From the NCBI GenBank assembly GCA_044375665.1, contig JBIPNA010000001.1, positions 1-42,705 on the forward strand: a stretch of DNA of 42,705 nucleotides, read 5' to 3'. Positions 27,001 through 35,027 of the stretch are shown here, in pieces (the first letter of the stretch is position 1; each line of letters starts with the position of its first letter). This DNA is from Catalimonadaceae bacterium (GTDB lineage Bacteria > Bacteroidota > Bacteroidia > Cytophagales > Flexibacteraceae). Under the pieces are notes generated by a model, which had not been told where the DNA came from, ran no database searches, and saw only the letters and a program-made list of their open reading frames with translations. A program made the position numbers and the translations under genes.

Positions 27001-29469
27001 GCCTCCGGATGTACAACATCAAAACTGGTAACATTTACAATCAATCCATTGGTAAGGGCAAGATTTAAAAGCAGTGTAGACTCAGGCTGCACCCCCCTTC
27101 GGGTGGTTTTTAAAGACAGCTCAACCATAGCTTCAAACGTTCGCAGATGGATTGTGAATGGATCTCCGGTAACCAATTCCACAGATCAGTTGGTTTTTAC
27201 TTTTCACAATACCCAGCTTACAGACACCACTTTCACCGTAAAGCTGGCTGTTCGAAACAACATTGGATTCAATTGTGTGGACACGATGGTAAAAACCATA
27301 AAAGTGTTCCCTAAACCCCGCCCCAACGACTTACTTGTTACTCCTTCCCAAGGCTGCAGTCCGCTTACAAGCCTGATTAAAGGCAACGTAGAAAACGCCA
27401 TCAGCTATGCCTGGGACTTTGGGGATGGCTCGGATACCCTCTTGACAACTCAGGAATTCCAGAGGACCTTTTACAATTCCCACCCGGTTACCAATGCAGT
27501 TTACACATTAACGCGTATTTCAACCTCCATCAAGGGATGTAAGGATACAACCCGTAGAAATGTAACTGTACGTCCTTTGACCCAATCGGTGGTTTCCACA
27601 ATTCAAAGTGAAGGCTGTACTCCGTTTACAGTTCAGTTTTCCGGTTTGAGCTCTGTAAATGCCAATGCTTTTGAGTGGAATTTCGGAGACGGAAGCCCAA
27701 CAAATACTTCCCCTAATCCAAACTACACTTTTGTAAATACCACCGACACCATTCAAACCTATCAGGTTCGATTAATAGCCAGAAAGCTACAGGCAAACAC
27801 TTGTCCCGACACCAGCTTTAAAACCATTACAGTTTACCCCGCCCCACAAGCCAATTTTTCTACAAACACAAATTCAGGCTGCGGGCCTTTGGCAATTACA
27901 TTATCTGATAATTCGAGTGGAGCTCAAACGAGCTATTGGGTTTTAAGTTCAGGAGGAATAAGCGACACTCTTTTTCCCAATGCCCTGGGTACAAAAGACA
28001 CCCTGATTGACAATCCGAATTTCGCATCGAAAACCGTAAGGGTTGACCAGACTGTGATTTCACCATTTGGATGTCTGGCCAGGAAATCTCAAAACATCCA
28101 AATTTATCCGAACCTGACTGCCGACTTCACAGTAGACACAGCAGGTTGCCATCCTCAACTTGTTCGATTTATCAACAGCAGTGAAAACTATCTGGGATCG
28201 TATTCCTGGGATTTTGGAGATGGAAGTAACAGTACAGAAAAAAATCCACTTCACCTTTTTGAAAACTATTCATCAAAAGATACCTCTTACCTGGTCACAC
28301 TAACTTCAATTTCCCCGGTTGGAAACTGCGTAAAAACAAAGAACCAACGGATGCATGTTCATGCTGCTCCTTCGGCTAATTTCAGGTTCCTATCAGATTC
28401 ATCTATTCAACTGCCGGAGAATACTGTAGTTATTGGCAATCGGACTGCATTCCGGCCAAACTGGACCTATTCATGGACTTTTGGCGATGGCACCAACGAG
28501 ACAAATGGCGATAGCAGTTTTGTCCACACCTTCCCACTCGGCAATGATGACTTTCTGGATACAACCTTTGTCGTCACCATGATTGCGAAAAGCTCAAGGG
28601 GTTGCACCGATACTTTGCGGAAAACCATGGTCATAAAACCTGGCAGGCCTGTAGCTGATTTTGAGGCAACCCCAAGAGAAGGATGCCGGCCTTTGGAAGT
28701 GCAACTAACAAGCAAATCCTCTTTTGCAAGAAAATATGAATGGACACTTGTAGACAAAGAAGGTTCCCCGCCACTGACCTTTACAGAAAGAGATCCGGTT
28801 TTGTTCTTTGAAACAGCAGGATTGAAAACCGTTAAATTGAAAATCAAAGGGCTGGGTGGGCAAGATTCAATTGAAAGAGTAGAGTATATCAATGTTCTTG
28901 AAACACCCCGGAGTTCTTTTTTCACCGATCCTGCTCCACCAAGAACTGTTATAGTTCCAGAGCAACCTGCATACTTCACGCCTTTTGAAAACCGCCCTAA
29001 TTTTGAATATACATGGTATTTCGGTGATGGCGATTCTTCCATCCAGAGAACGGCGCAACACAGATATCAGGAAGCAGGAGTTTATGATATTACATTAAAG
29101 GTTGTTGCTCCAAGTGGCTGTGTTTCTATTGACACCTTAAAAGCAGGAATAATAGCCAGAGGGGAACAAATTCTTGCCATACCAACCGGTTTTACACCTA
29201 ATCCAAAAGGCTCAAATGGTGGAATGGTTGGGGGCGATGGGGACAACGATGTATTTTACCCATTCTCCCAGGGCCTTACAGGCATCACAATGCAGATTTA
29301 CAATCGGTGGGGCCAACTGATTTTTAAAAGCACAGAACTTAACCGGGGATGGGATGGATATTATCAGGGCAAACTAATGCCAACTGATTCATACGTCTAC
29401 CACATTTATGCGCAATTCTCGAATGGCGAGACCCAGACCTTCATTGGCGATATCACCTTACTACGTTGA
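24013..29469 (+). CDS. Giant PKD/Ig-repeat cell-surface protein with a T9SS type-B C-terminal sorting domain
   Basis: ORF 23929-29469. The likely start is ATG 24013 or 24028 (MKNWPFYRIPVVLTLFLILQVCLEFSAEG, a signal peptide). There are at least seven W.FG[DN]G PKD signatures and many further ~90-aa Ig-like modules with paired Cys. Confidence 0.9.
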   Translation: MRNITMKNWPFYRIPVVLTLFLILQVCLEFSAEGQCVRIRDRRRNNAWTFTPKKDFRCLSAGQSPVTSFTITFESAVSNVTINWGDTVAFYSGPITTVTRVYKTAGVFNYTITQSGCNSQIKGIFVNDYNTSCPGVGWIAPPNDSARCLPDSLILSNFSPGMNGFTEWIINWGDQSRDTADYPSFGKQFSHKYKAGTRICNAQISINYRNSCNIVPCGQALSASYGPYRFMERDSALVDKNTILICAPVEVKIKDVSKLNCKDTANRQVSWTALDGFNQPLPNPGNNIWRPRGPQKNQTITIPPDMFSVVPPDSIFKIRMRIRNKCGEDTAEAAIRLISPATPSFTIANSNPCVGTEVQFINNTLNPFGVVDYIWLFGDGQTDTSNAASVEHVYYVSGNMTVTLIARTKGFGDQICERTTNLPILVKPAVLPNIQIMPMKSGCDSLVAVVKNKSSNPENVTWGGWIFGNNPPINGGNQHFPGPISSNPNLVQFLATNPSDSSAIVKFKSYGLYPIQLKGQSQDCAENTGQDTVRIFPTPKLRWSISGTNLCQGEPFIIRDSSRVMEVADNGLGSNFNHLEWSLKVGNDTIINSAQPLITDFDSPFASNRISVVRFKNAGTFWVRLTVRNLNGCSVSDSIQVTVKPSAVPVFSFVKQNCDNSNLVLKNLTVATANKFVFKIYKGNGILVGQEYATFTRYDQNDQPIFLPYSPPGDSTFYYVVLTAVTITNGDSCVVTSEPQVLKIAPTPVPGLNILPSDGCSPLNNVSLVNTSINLPQSGLTVFNWQLGSLGTYTGTTPPPLTFINNGNTNQRDTIRICAVTGDGCSYCTEKVAITFPQPKAEILAPDSICSGTMVELSATTIGAVSHKWEFLDYDGSSSSQATTSKIFNNTTGQPKFFTLRLTVRSSADCPFVTEKILKVNPNPEFAIQTSTVQTANCGPLEATFTYQSPQNASKYQWYFGNGDSLITSTTDTVFKVYSNETSAPVQNTVQILATSASGCTTSKLVTFTINPLVRARFKSSVDSGCTPLRVVFKDSSTIASNVRRWIVNGSPVTNSTDQLVFTFHNTQLTDTTFTVKLAVRNNIGFNCVDTMVKTIKVFPKPRPNDLLVTPSQGCSPLTSLIKGNVENAISYAWDFGDGSDTLLTTQEFQRTFYNSHPVTNAVYTLTRISTSIKGCKDTTRRNVTVRPLTQSVVSTIQSEGCTPFTVQFSGLSSVNANAFEWNFGDGSPTNTSPNPNYTFVNTTDTIQTYQVRLIARKLQANTCPDTSFKTITVYPAPQANFSTNTNSGCGPLAITLSDNSSGAQTSYWVLSSGGISDTLFPNALGTKDTLIDNPNFASKTVRVDQTVISPFGCLARKSQNIQIYPNLTADFTVDTAGCHPQLVRFINSSENYLGSYSWDFGDGSNSTEKNPLHLFENYSSKDTSYLVTLTSISPVGNCVKTKNQRMHVHAAPSANFRFLSDSSIQLPENTVVIGNRTAFRPNWTYSWTFGDGTNETNGDSSFVHTFPLGNDDFLDTTFVVTMIAKSSRGCTDTLRKTMVIKPGRPVADFEATPREGCRPLEVQLTSKSSFARKYEWTLVDKEGSPPLTFTERDPVLFFETAGLKTVKLKIKGLGGQDSIERVEYINVLETPRSSFFTDPAPPRTVIVPEQPAYFTPFENRPNFEYTWYFGDGDSSIQRTAQHRYQEAGVYDITLKVVAPSGCVSIDTLKAGIIARGEQILAIPTGFTPNPKGSNGGMVGGDGDNDVFYPFSQGLTGITMQIYNRWGQLIFKSTELNRGWDGYYQGKLMPTDSYVYHIYAQFSNGETQTFIGDITLLR
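29170..29466 (+). other. T9SS type-B sorting domain (gliding-motility-associated C-terminal domain, TIGR04131-like)
   Basis: ILAIPTGFTPNPKGSNGG...NDVFYPF...MQIYNRWGQLIFKS...GWDGYYQGKLMPTDSYVYHIYAQF...GDITLLR matches the FTPNgDG.ND.F...i.NRWG..vf....WdG...G...p.G.Y.Y consensus. Confidence 0.8.
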
Positions 29470-29495
29470 TTATGAGAACCTTAAACCGTTTGGTT

Positions 29496-30518
29496 ATGAA
29501 AAAAATTTACTTCTTCGTCCTGTTTCTCGGCGCTTGTCAGCTCGCCGATGTTCAAGCGCAGGATCCACAATTCTCGCAATTTTATGCGGCGCCTTTGTAT
29601 CATAATCCAGCCTTTACAGGAGCGGCTCACAAAGGTCGACTTGTGGCAAACTACAGGAATCAATGGCCTTCCATACCTGGAGCCTTTGTTACAACCTCCT
29701 TTTCAGTAGATAACTATTTGAAGGCCTATAATTCCGGATTTGGTTTGGTGGCGCATCGGGACCAGGCAGGCACTGGTGGATTAAGCACCACCTCCATAGC
29801 GATGAGTTATGCCTATGAAATCAACTTTTCAAGCCAATGGAATGGCCGTGCAGGCCTTTCATTCGGCTATGCCAATCGAAATGTTGACTTTACAAAACTT
29901 ACATTTCGCGATCAGTTAAATGCAAACTTTGTTCCGATTCCAACTTCGGACCCGGCTCAGGCCAGTTTAAACAGGGCTTCATATTTCGACATTTCCTCAG
30001 GATTCCTGCTTTATAGCCGCTACATCTGGGTAGGCACAAGTGTAATGCACATGAACCAACCAGACCAATCTCTTTTAGGCCAGACTTCGAAATTACCTAT
30101 GCGTATTACTTTGATGGCCGGCGCAAAAATTCCGCTCCAAAAGAGGCTTTATGGTTCAGATTACCTAAACAAAGGAGCTGACAAAAGTATTAGTCCTTCC
30201 ATTTTGTACAAAAGACAAGGCGATTTCCAACAGTTGGATCTTGGAGCATATTTAACAGTCAAGCCTTTGATTGTTGGTATGTGGTATCGGGGACTTCCGA
30301 TCGCAAATTATGAAAGAGGATTGTACAACCAGGACGCCCTGGTTTGGTTGCTGGGCTTTAAACACGATTTCTTTAGCCTTGGCTATAGCTACGATCTAAC
30401 GATTTCCAAGCTGGGGCCAGGCACTGCCGGATCCCATGAAATCTCCCTGTCTTACGAATTTGACAATCCAAAAAGACGGAAGAAAAAAGTTAGTCCGATT
30501 CCCTGCCCTAAATTCTAA
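29496..30518 (+). CDS. PorP/SprF-family type IX secretion system membrane protein
   Basis: MKKIYFFVLFLGACQLADVQAQDPQFSQFYAAPLYHNPAFTG is the hallmark N-terminus of TIGR03519-type PorP/SprF proteins. The body is beta-barrel-like. Alternative starts are TTG 29466 (TTGA overlap with the upstream stop) and ATG 29472. Confidence 0.85.
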   Translation: MKKIYFFVLFLGACQLADVQAQDPQFSQFYAAPLYHNPAFTGAAHKGRLVANYRNQWPSIPGAFVTTSFSVDNYLKAYNSGFGLVAHRDQAGTGGLSTTSIAMSYAYEINFSSQWNGRAGLSFGYANRNVDFTKLTFRDQLNANFVPIPTSDPAQASLNRASYFDISSGFLLYSRYIWVGTSVMHMNQPDQSLLGQTSKLPMRITLMAGAKIPLQKRLYGSDYLNKGADKSISPSILYKRQGDFQQLDLGAYLTVKPLIVGMWYRGLPIANYERGLYNQDALVWLLGFKHDFFSLGYSYDLTISKLGPGTAGSHEISLSYEFDNPKRRKKKVSPIPCPKF

Positions 30519-30602
30519 AACCTTTTAGCTGACTTTACATCATCCTCCCTTAAAAAGGAGCATCACTTTGTTCTCATAATAGTTTAGGGTTAAAGTGAAA
30601 AA

Positions 30603-30631
30603 GCCGGTTCCAGTTGGGTCCGGTTTTTTTT
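30603..30631. terminator. Hairpin flanked by A5 and T8 between convergent genes (possible bidirectional terminator)
   Basis: The sequence is aaaaa-gCCGGTTCC-agtt-GGGTCCGG-tttttttt, with one mismatch and one G-T pair in the stem. It lies between the PorP/SprF stop (30518) and the methyltransferase stop (30630). Confidence 0.4.
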
Positions 30632-31538
30632 ATACCTTCCAAATATTGACTTCTTTATAAAAATCAGGATTGAACTTCACTTTTTTTACCAAACGAAAAG
30701 CCCGGAAAACATCCAGGAAAAATTTAGGTAAAATACTTTTTATCAGCTTTTTGGGGACGAACGGATCGGTCTGTTTGTCAATAGAATCTCTATCCTGGGC
30801 CAATCTGGAATAGTAATTTTCACGCCCCTCCCATGCATCTTCATAATCACTTTGTTGTGGGAATTGAACCATAATCTGCTTGATTTTTGTCCGCTTCGCA
30901 CGTACGCAGAGATAAGTTGCGCTTGAGTTCATCAACTCCACCCGCCTTTTTACTTTTTTGGGATCTTCAACCTGAAACCACTTTTCTTCAGGTGAGTACT
31001 CGAAAATCAACATACTCTCGATTTCGAAACCATTGCGTTCGTTCAGGACCCGGTAAAAAACTTCTGGAGAAAACTGGTAAAACCCATGACCCATAATATT
31101 ATTTACAGGAGTAATAACTATTAACCTTCCATTTTCTGCCACCATATCCATGCAATTGGCAATGGAAACCGGGAAATTGAAAATGTGCTCAAGGGAGCCG
31201 CTTTCCAATACGGTATCATATTTTGCTTTCCACTCATCTGGAATGGGAAGGTTCATATCATGAAGCAAATTGGCTCCTTCGTAATTACTGTAATCAAGAC
31301 TATCAATAGTCTCTGCCCCCAAAAGTTTTAGAAGGCCCTCTGAATAACCCTGATGAGAACTAAGCAAATTGCGAACCTGATCATCTGAGGAAAAAAGTGA
31401 AAAGCCCTGAAGGTCTTTTCTCAACTCCTGAAACTCCAGATTAAGAATTTGCCGACCTACCATCAGGGTTCTTCTGAAAGAAGTTCCATTCTTTCGGCAG
31501 GACAATACGAACTTAATTCCGTTGGTGTCTAATCCCAT
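30630..31538 (-). CDS. Class I SAM-dependent methyltransferase-like protein
   Basis: 302 aa. Motif II/III-like stretches are YDTVLESGSLEHIF and MVAENGRLIVITP. The motif-I position reads TLMVGRQ rather than a GxGxG loop. Confidence 0.55.
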   Translation of the reverse strand: MGLDTNGIKFVLSCRKNGTSFRRTLMVGRQILNLEFQELRKDLQGFSLFSSDDQVRNLLSSHQGYSEGLLKLLGAETIDSLDYSNYEGANLLHDMNLPIPDEWKAKYDTVLESGSLEHIFNFPVSIANCMDMVAENGRLIVITPVNNIMGHGFYQFSPEVFYRVLNERNGFEIESMLIFEYSPEEKWFQVEDPKKVKRRVELMNSSATYLCVRAKRTKIKQIMVQFPQQSDYEDAWEGRENYYSRLAQDRDSIDKQTDPFVPKKLIKSILPKFFLDVFRAFRLVKKVKFNPDFYKEVNIWKV

Positions 31539-31763
31539 ACGATTCTGACGTTCAACTCACTTATCCCTTTTGGATGATTTTGGACAACTGGGGCAGGAGA
31601 TTTGAAAGGGGGCAATTTGTTATGTTCGGGGTAAAAGTAGGAAAATTTCCAAACCAAACAGGATTGAGAAAAAGGAATGGCAAAGGAATTTAATTTCTTG
31701 TTTTGACCAATTGCACTCCCGGGCAATTGCTTGAGGGTTCAATCGATTTTGTTAATTGCGGTC

Positions 31764-32420
31764 ATGTTGCAATGCAATTCCTTTACGTTCAATCCATTTC
31801 AGGAGAATACCTATATCCTTTCAAATTCAGAGAAAGAGTGCATCCTCATTGACCCTGGTTGTTACGGCAAAGAGGAAGAAAGAACGTTGGCTCATTTCAT
31901 AAAAGAAAACCTTCTTGAGGTGCAGGCAATTTGGCTAACCCATTGTCATATCGATCATGTTCTTGGCCTTGAATTTTGTATTCAGCAGTGGAAAGTCCCA
32001 TATTTTCTTTCTGAAGCAGAAATTTCCCAGCTACATGCTGTCCAGGTTTACGGACCATCTTTCGGGATTTTTGATTTCAGGACACCAGGGCAGGAGGGAA
32101 AAGTCTTTGGATCTGAAAGGATATTCCTTGGAGACGAATTATTTGAAGTGATTGAAGTACCAGGGCATTCACCGGGGCATGTGGCATTTCTGCACCGGGC
32201 CTCATCTCGGATCTGGTCTGGAGACGTTCTTTTTGATGGAAGTATTGGAAGAACAGATTTGCCCGGCGGGCACTACCCTACTCTGGAAAAATCAATTCTT
32301 GAGAAAATTTACGCTTTACCATTAGAAACCCAGGTTTTTCCTGGCCATGGACATAAAACGACCGTAGAAAAGGAAAGAATGACCAATCCCTTCATTCGCC
32401 TTGAAATTTCTTCCAGCTAA
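31764..32420 (+). CDS. MBL-fold metallo-hydrolase (glyoxalase II-like)
   Basis: The HxHxDH motif is THCHIDHV. Other matches are PGHSPGH, GRTDLPGG and the N-terminal FNPFQENTYIL. The start was moved to ATG 31764. Confidence 0.85.
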   Translation: MLQCNSFTFNPFQENTYILSNSEKECILIDPGCYGKEEERTLAHFIKENLLEVQAIWLTHCHIDHVLGLEFCIQQWKVPYFLSEAEISQLHAVQVYGPSFGIFDFRTPGQEGKVFGSERIFLGDELFEVIEVPGHSPGHVAFLHRASSRIWSGDVLFDGSIGRTDLPGGHYPTLEKSILEKIYALPLETQVFPGHGHKTTVEKERMTNPFIRLEISSS

Positions 32421-32425
32421 ATTTT

Positions 32426-33544
32426 ATGAAAAGCCTGTTTTTTTTAGTTCTGATTTGTTTTTTTCAAATCATCCCAGTTTTAAATCTGGTAGGCCAGAAT
32501 GGTAGCACTTTGATTTTCGAAGGGCAAAAAGCCAGATTGGAAATTCAAACTGAAGGTTCTGCGATTACCCATTTTTCATTGAAAAAAAATGCAATCAATC
32601 CGCTCAGCTGGAAACTGGAGCCAAAAGATATGCCCAGGCCAAACCAAAATGCCCCGGTATTCAGAGGTCATTTTCTATGTATGGGAAGATGGGGAGCCGC
32701 CTCTGAGGCAGAGCAAAGGGCAGGTGTTCCGCACAATGGAGAAGTAAATACCTTAAACTGGACAATCATCCAGCCGGTCCAGTCCAAAAATGAAACCTTG
32801 ATGGCTAAAGTGGAATGTTTTGGTCCGAAAGATCAGTTGAAAGTAACCAGGGAGGTTTCTATGCCCATTTCCGGGACAAGTTTCCTGATGTCTGAAACAG
32901 TAGAAAATACAGCTTCTATCGACAGAATTTACAATTTCACTCAACATCCGACGATTGGCCCTCCATTCCTGGGCCCGCAAACTTTAATTGACTGCAATGC
33001 GGGACTTGGTTTTGATCAACGTGCAGATTTTCATGCTCTTGAAAAGAATGCTTTTCCGTTTCCCGAAGGCCATCTTACAGATGGGTTTGCAGATTTAAGA
33101 AAAGTGAATGAAGACCGGGGATATGTAACTTCTCACATTTTTCCAGATACCACAGAAATAGGCTGGGTTTCTGCAACCAATCCTGAATTAAGGCTAATCA
33201 TTGGCTATATTTTCAAAACAAAGGAATACCCCTGGCTTAACTTATGGCATTGGAAGAAAGATCGGAAACCACATGCCCATGGCCTGGAATTCGGCACCAC
33301 CGGATTGGGACAACCTTATAAATTATTGGTGGATAATTGTATTTCATTTTTTGGAAGAAAGTCCTACGAATGGATTGATGCCGGCCAGAAAATCAACAAA
33401 AAGTATATTTGCTTTATTGCCGAGGCACCAGAAAATTTTGAAGGAGTTGGCAAACTAAAATATACTGAGGGGAAAGTTTTCCTGGTTGAAAATCGAAGTG
33501 AGAAACCAAGGAAAATCGAGTTGTCGGTAGTGGGTGGTCTTTGA
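32426..33544 (+). CDS. Secreted protein, possibly with a galactose-mutarotase-like (aldose 1-epimerase superfamily) fold
   Basis: Signal peptide MKSLFFLVLICFFQIIPVLNLVGQ. There is weak resemblance at PHNGEVNTLNW, FTQHPTIGPPF and HGLEFGTTG to mutarotase-fold motifs. It lies 5 nt after the MBL gene. The function is tentative. Confidence 0.55.
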   Translation: MKSLFFLVLICFFQIIPVLNLVGQNGSTLIFEGQKARLEIQTEGSAITHFSLKKNAINPLSWKLEPKDMPRPNQNAPVFRGHFLCMGRWGAASEAEQRAGVPHNGEVNTLNWTIIQPVQSKNETLMAKVECFGPKDQLKVTREVSMPISGTSFLMSETVENTASIDRIYNFTQHPTIGPPFLGPQTLIDCNAGLGFDQRADFHALEKNAFPFPEGHLTDGFADLRKVNEDRGYVTSHIFPDTTEIGWVSATNPELRLIIGYIFKTKEYPWLNLWHWKKDRKPHAHGLEFGTTGLGQPYKLLVDNCISFFGRKSYEWIDAGQKINKKYICFIAEAPENFEGVGKLKYTEGKVFLVENRSEKPRKIELSVVGGL

Positions 33545-33672
33545 GATTTCATTATAATAATACCAAACAGGTTTGTTGCCTGAGTTTTATCCCAAAAATA
33601 ATATTTCGATGAATCTGATCTGTACGCCCAGTTTTTTTGTTTAAGGTGGAGGAATTTTGTTCCTTCAAGCCC

Positions 33673-34188
33673 ATGAACAAAATTCTCCACATTGGGACAA
33701 GGCTATTCATGATAATAGCCTTTTTAATTTCATTTACTACCGAAGCCCGAAGATCAGACAAACTGTATGAATGGTCGGCTGGTGTTCGTCTTGGGGGGCC
33801 GTATCTGGCAAGTGCGAAGCACTTTTTTAATAAGCAGTTTGCCGGGGAGGTTATGGCAGGTTATCATTTTTTTAGTCCTGAAATTCGCTGGCGTTTTGCT
33901 GGAATGGCCCTGCAGTTTCACATTCCAATTGAATCGGCAAAAAACCTGAATTTTTATTGCGGAGGCGGCCCAGGAGTATTTTATTGGATCTGGAAGCAAT
34001 CGTACAAAGGGACACCCTATCCCAAAACAATTATTGGTGGATTTGTTCAGGCAGGCCTGGAATATAAATTTAAAAAAATACCAGTTGCAGTTTCGATTGA
34101 CTGGACGCCAATGTATCAATCGAAAGGATATGATAATGGATTGGGCATTTCTTATGGGTCAATTGGCGCCCGCTACATTTTTAGGTAA
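33673..34188 (+). CDS. Small outer-membrane beta-barrel-like protein
   Basis: From ATG 33673 the N-terminus is MNKILHIGTRLFMIIAFLISFTTEA, a signal peptide. Alternating hydrophobic strands follow, and the C-terminal ...GSIGARYIFR has a penultimate aromatic residue. Confidence 0.55.
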   Translation: MNKILHIGTRLFMIIAFLISFTTEARRSDKLYEWSAGVRLGGPYLASAKHFFNKQFAGEVMAGYHFFSPEIRWRFAGMALQFHIPIESAKNLNFYCGGGPGVFYWIWKQSYKGTPYPKTIIGGFVQAGLEYKFKKIPVAVSIDWTPMYQSKGYDNGLGISYGSIGARYIFR

Positions 34189-34388
34189 CAGGAGAAAACA
34201 AATAAGACTTGTCTGCCGGACCCAATAGCCAGCCAGTTTTCAATATTCTATTGCAAGTCTTTTTTAAAGGGACTAAAAGGGACAGCTTTCTTATGACTTA
34301 ACTTTTAAAATCAGCGTATATGCTGATTAGTTGTTTCCAACATGAACCATAATGAAATTTAATATTAAAGGGTTCTGATTTTTTTCAT

Positions 34389-34416
34389 AAAAAAACCCTT
34401 TCCATATCGGAAAGGG
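34389..34416 (-). terminator. Rho-independent terminator of the DUF1573 gene
   Basis: There is a perfect 8-bp stem: ccctttcc (34396-34403) pairs with ggaaaggg (34409-34416), with a 5-nt loop. On the minus strand a U7 run (34389-34395) follows. It sits 37 nt after the stop at 34453. Confidence 0.65.
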
Positions 34417-34452
34417 CTCTCAGCGATTGAAAAACCGCGTTCGCGTTGTTGC

Positions 34453-34890
34453 TTACTTTGTTGCTTCAGGAGCTACTACTTCGCCTTTCAAAACGAGATA
34501 TGTTGCACCTCCTTCCACATTGGCATTTACAGTTACACTCTTATTAAAAGAACCAACAGCAGCTGCATTGAAAGTCGCTTTGATAGTCCCTGTCTTTCCT
34601 GGAGGAATAGGCTCTTTGGAATAATCAGGTGTTGTGCATCCGCAGGAAGCTTGCACGGTGCTCAGCACCAAAGGAACTTTTCCTGTGTTGGTGAATTTAA
34701 ACTCGTGGGTTACCGGCTTTCCTTGTGGAATTTTGCCGAAATCACGGGTGGTTTCCACCCATTTGAAAGCAGCCATATTTCCAGGTTGAGCAGCAGGGGC
34801 CGGAGCAGGTTTTACAGCAGCCTTATCCTGGGACTGGGCGGCGATGGCCACCATTGCCATCATGGCAGCCGAAAGGAGAATTTTCTTCAT
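34453..34890 (-). CDS. DUF1573 domain-containing secreted protein
   Basis: Signal peptide MKKILLSAAMMAMVAIAAQS. The hallmark stretch is FKFTNTGKVPLVLSTVQASCGCTTPDYSKEPIPPGKTGTIKATF. Confidence 0.8.
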   Translation of the reverse strand: MKKILLSAAMMAMVAIAAQSQDKAAVKPAPAPAAQPGNMAAFKWVETTRDFGKIPQGKPVTHEFKFTNTGKVPLVLSTVQASCGCTTPDYSKEPIPPGKTGTIKATFNAAAVGSFNKSVTVNANVEGGATYLVLKGEVVAPEATK

Positions 34891-35027
34891 GATGTGTACT
34901 TTTTTTTCGCTTTAAGATGCAAAGGTGCAACCTTGCCAGACTTAAAAAAATCGACTTAACAATTATTAACCCGCTTTATTCTTTAGGATAAAATCTCCTT
35001 GTTTGTCGGTGGTTATCAATTAAACAC

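Noticed and set aside
28467-29042. 191-aa antisense ORF inside the giant PKD gene. Similar antisense ORFs include 25665-26048, 19171-19647, 19571-19960, 13100-13444, 33754-34119 and 22641-22937.
   Set aside because: All lie wholly inside strongly supported genes on the opposite strand. Their composition is low-complexity or odd, and none has a recognisable motif. These are typical shadow ORFs.
30630-31538. Methyltransferase-like protein lacking a GxGxG SAM loop (it reads TLMVGRQ), considered as a degenerate or novel enzyme.
   Set aside because: I recall an LGRQ-type motif I as a feature of an existing, widespread class I methyltransferase subfamily. Motifs II and III look intact, so there is not enough evidence for anything unusual.
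31529-31726. 65-aa minus-strand ORF in the methyltransferase/MBL divergent intergenic region.
   Set aside because: It has no motif and overlaps the methyltransferase start. The region more likely holds the two divergent promoters.
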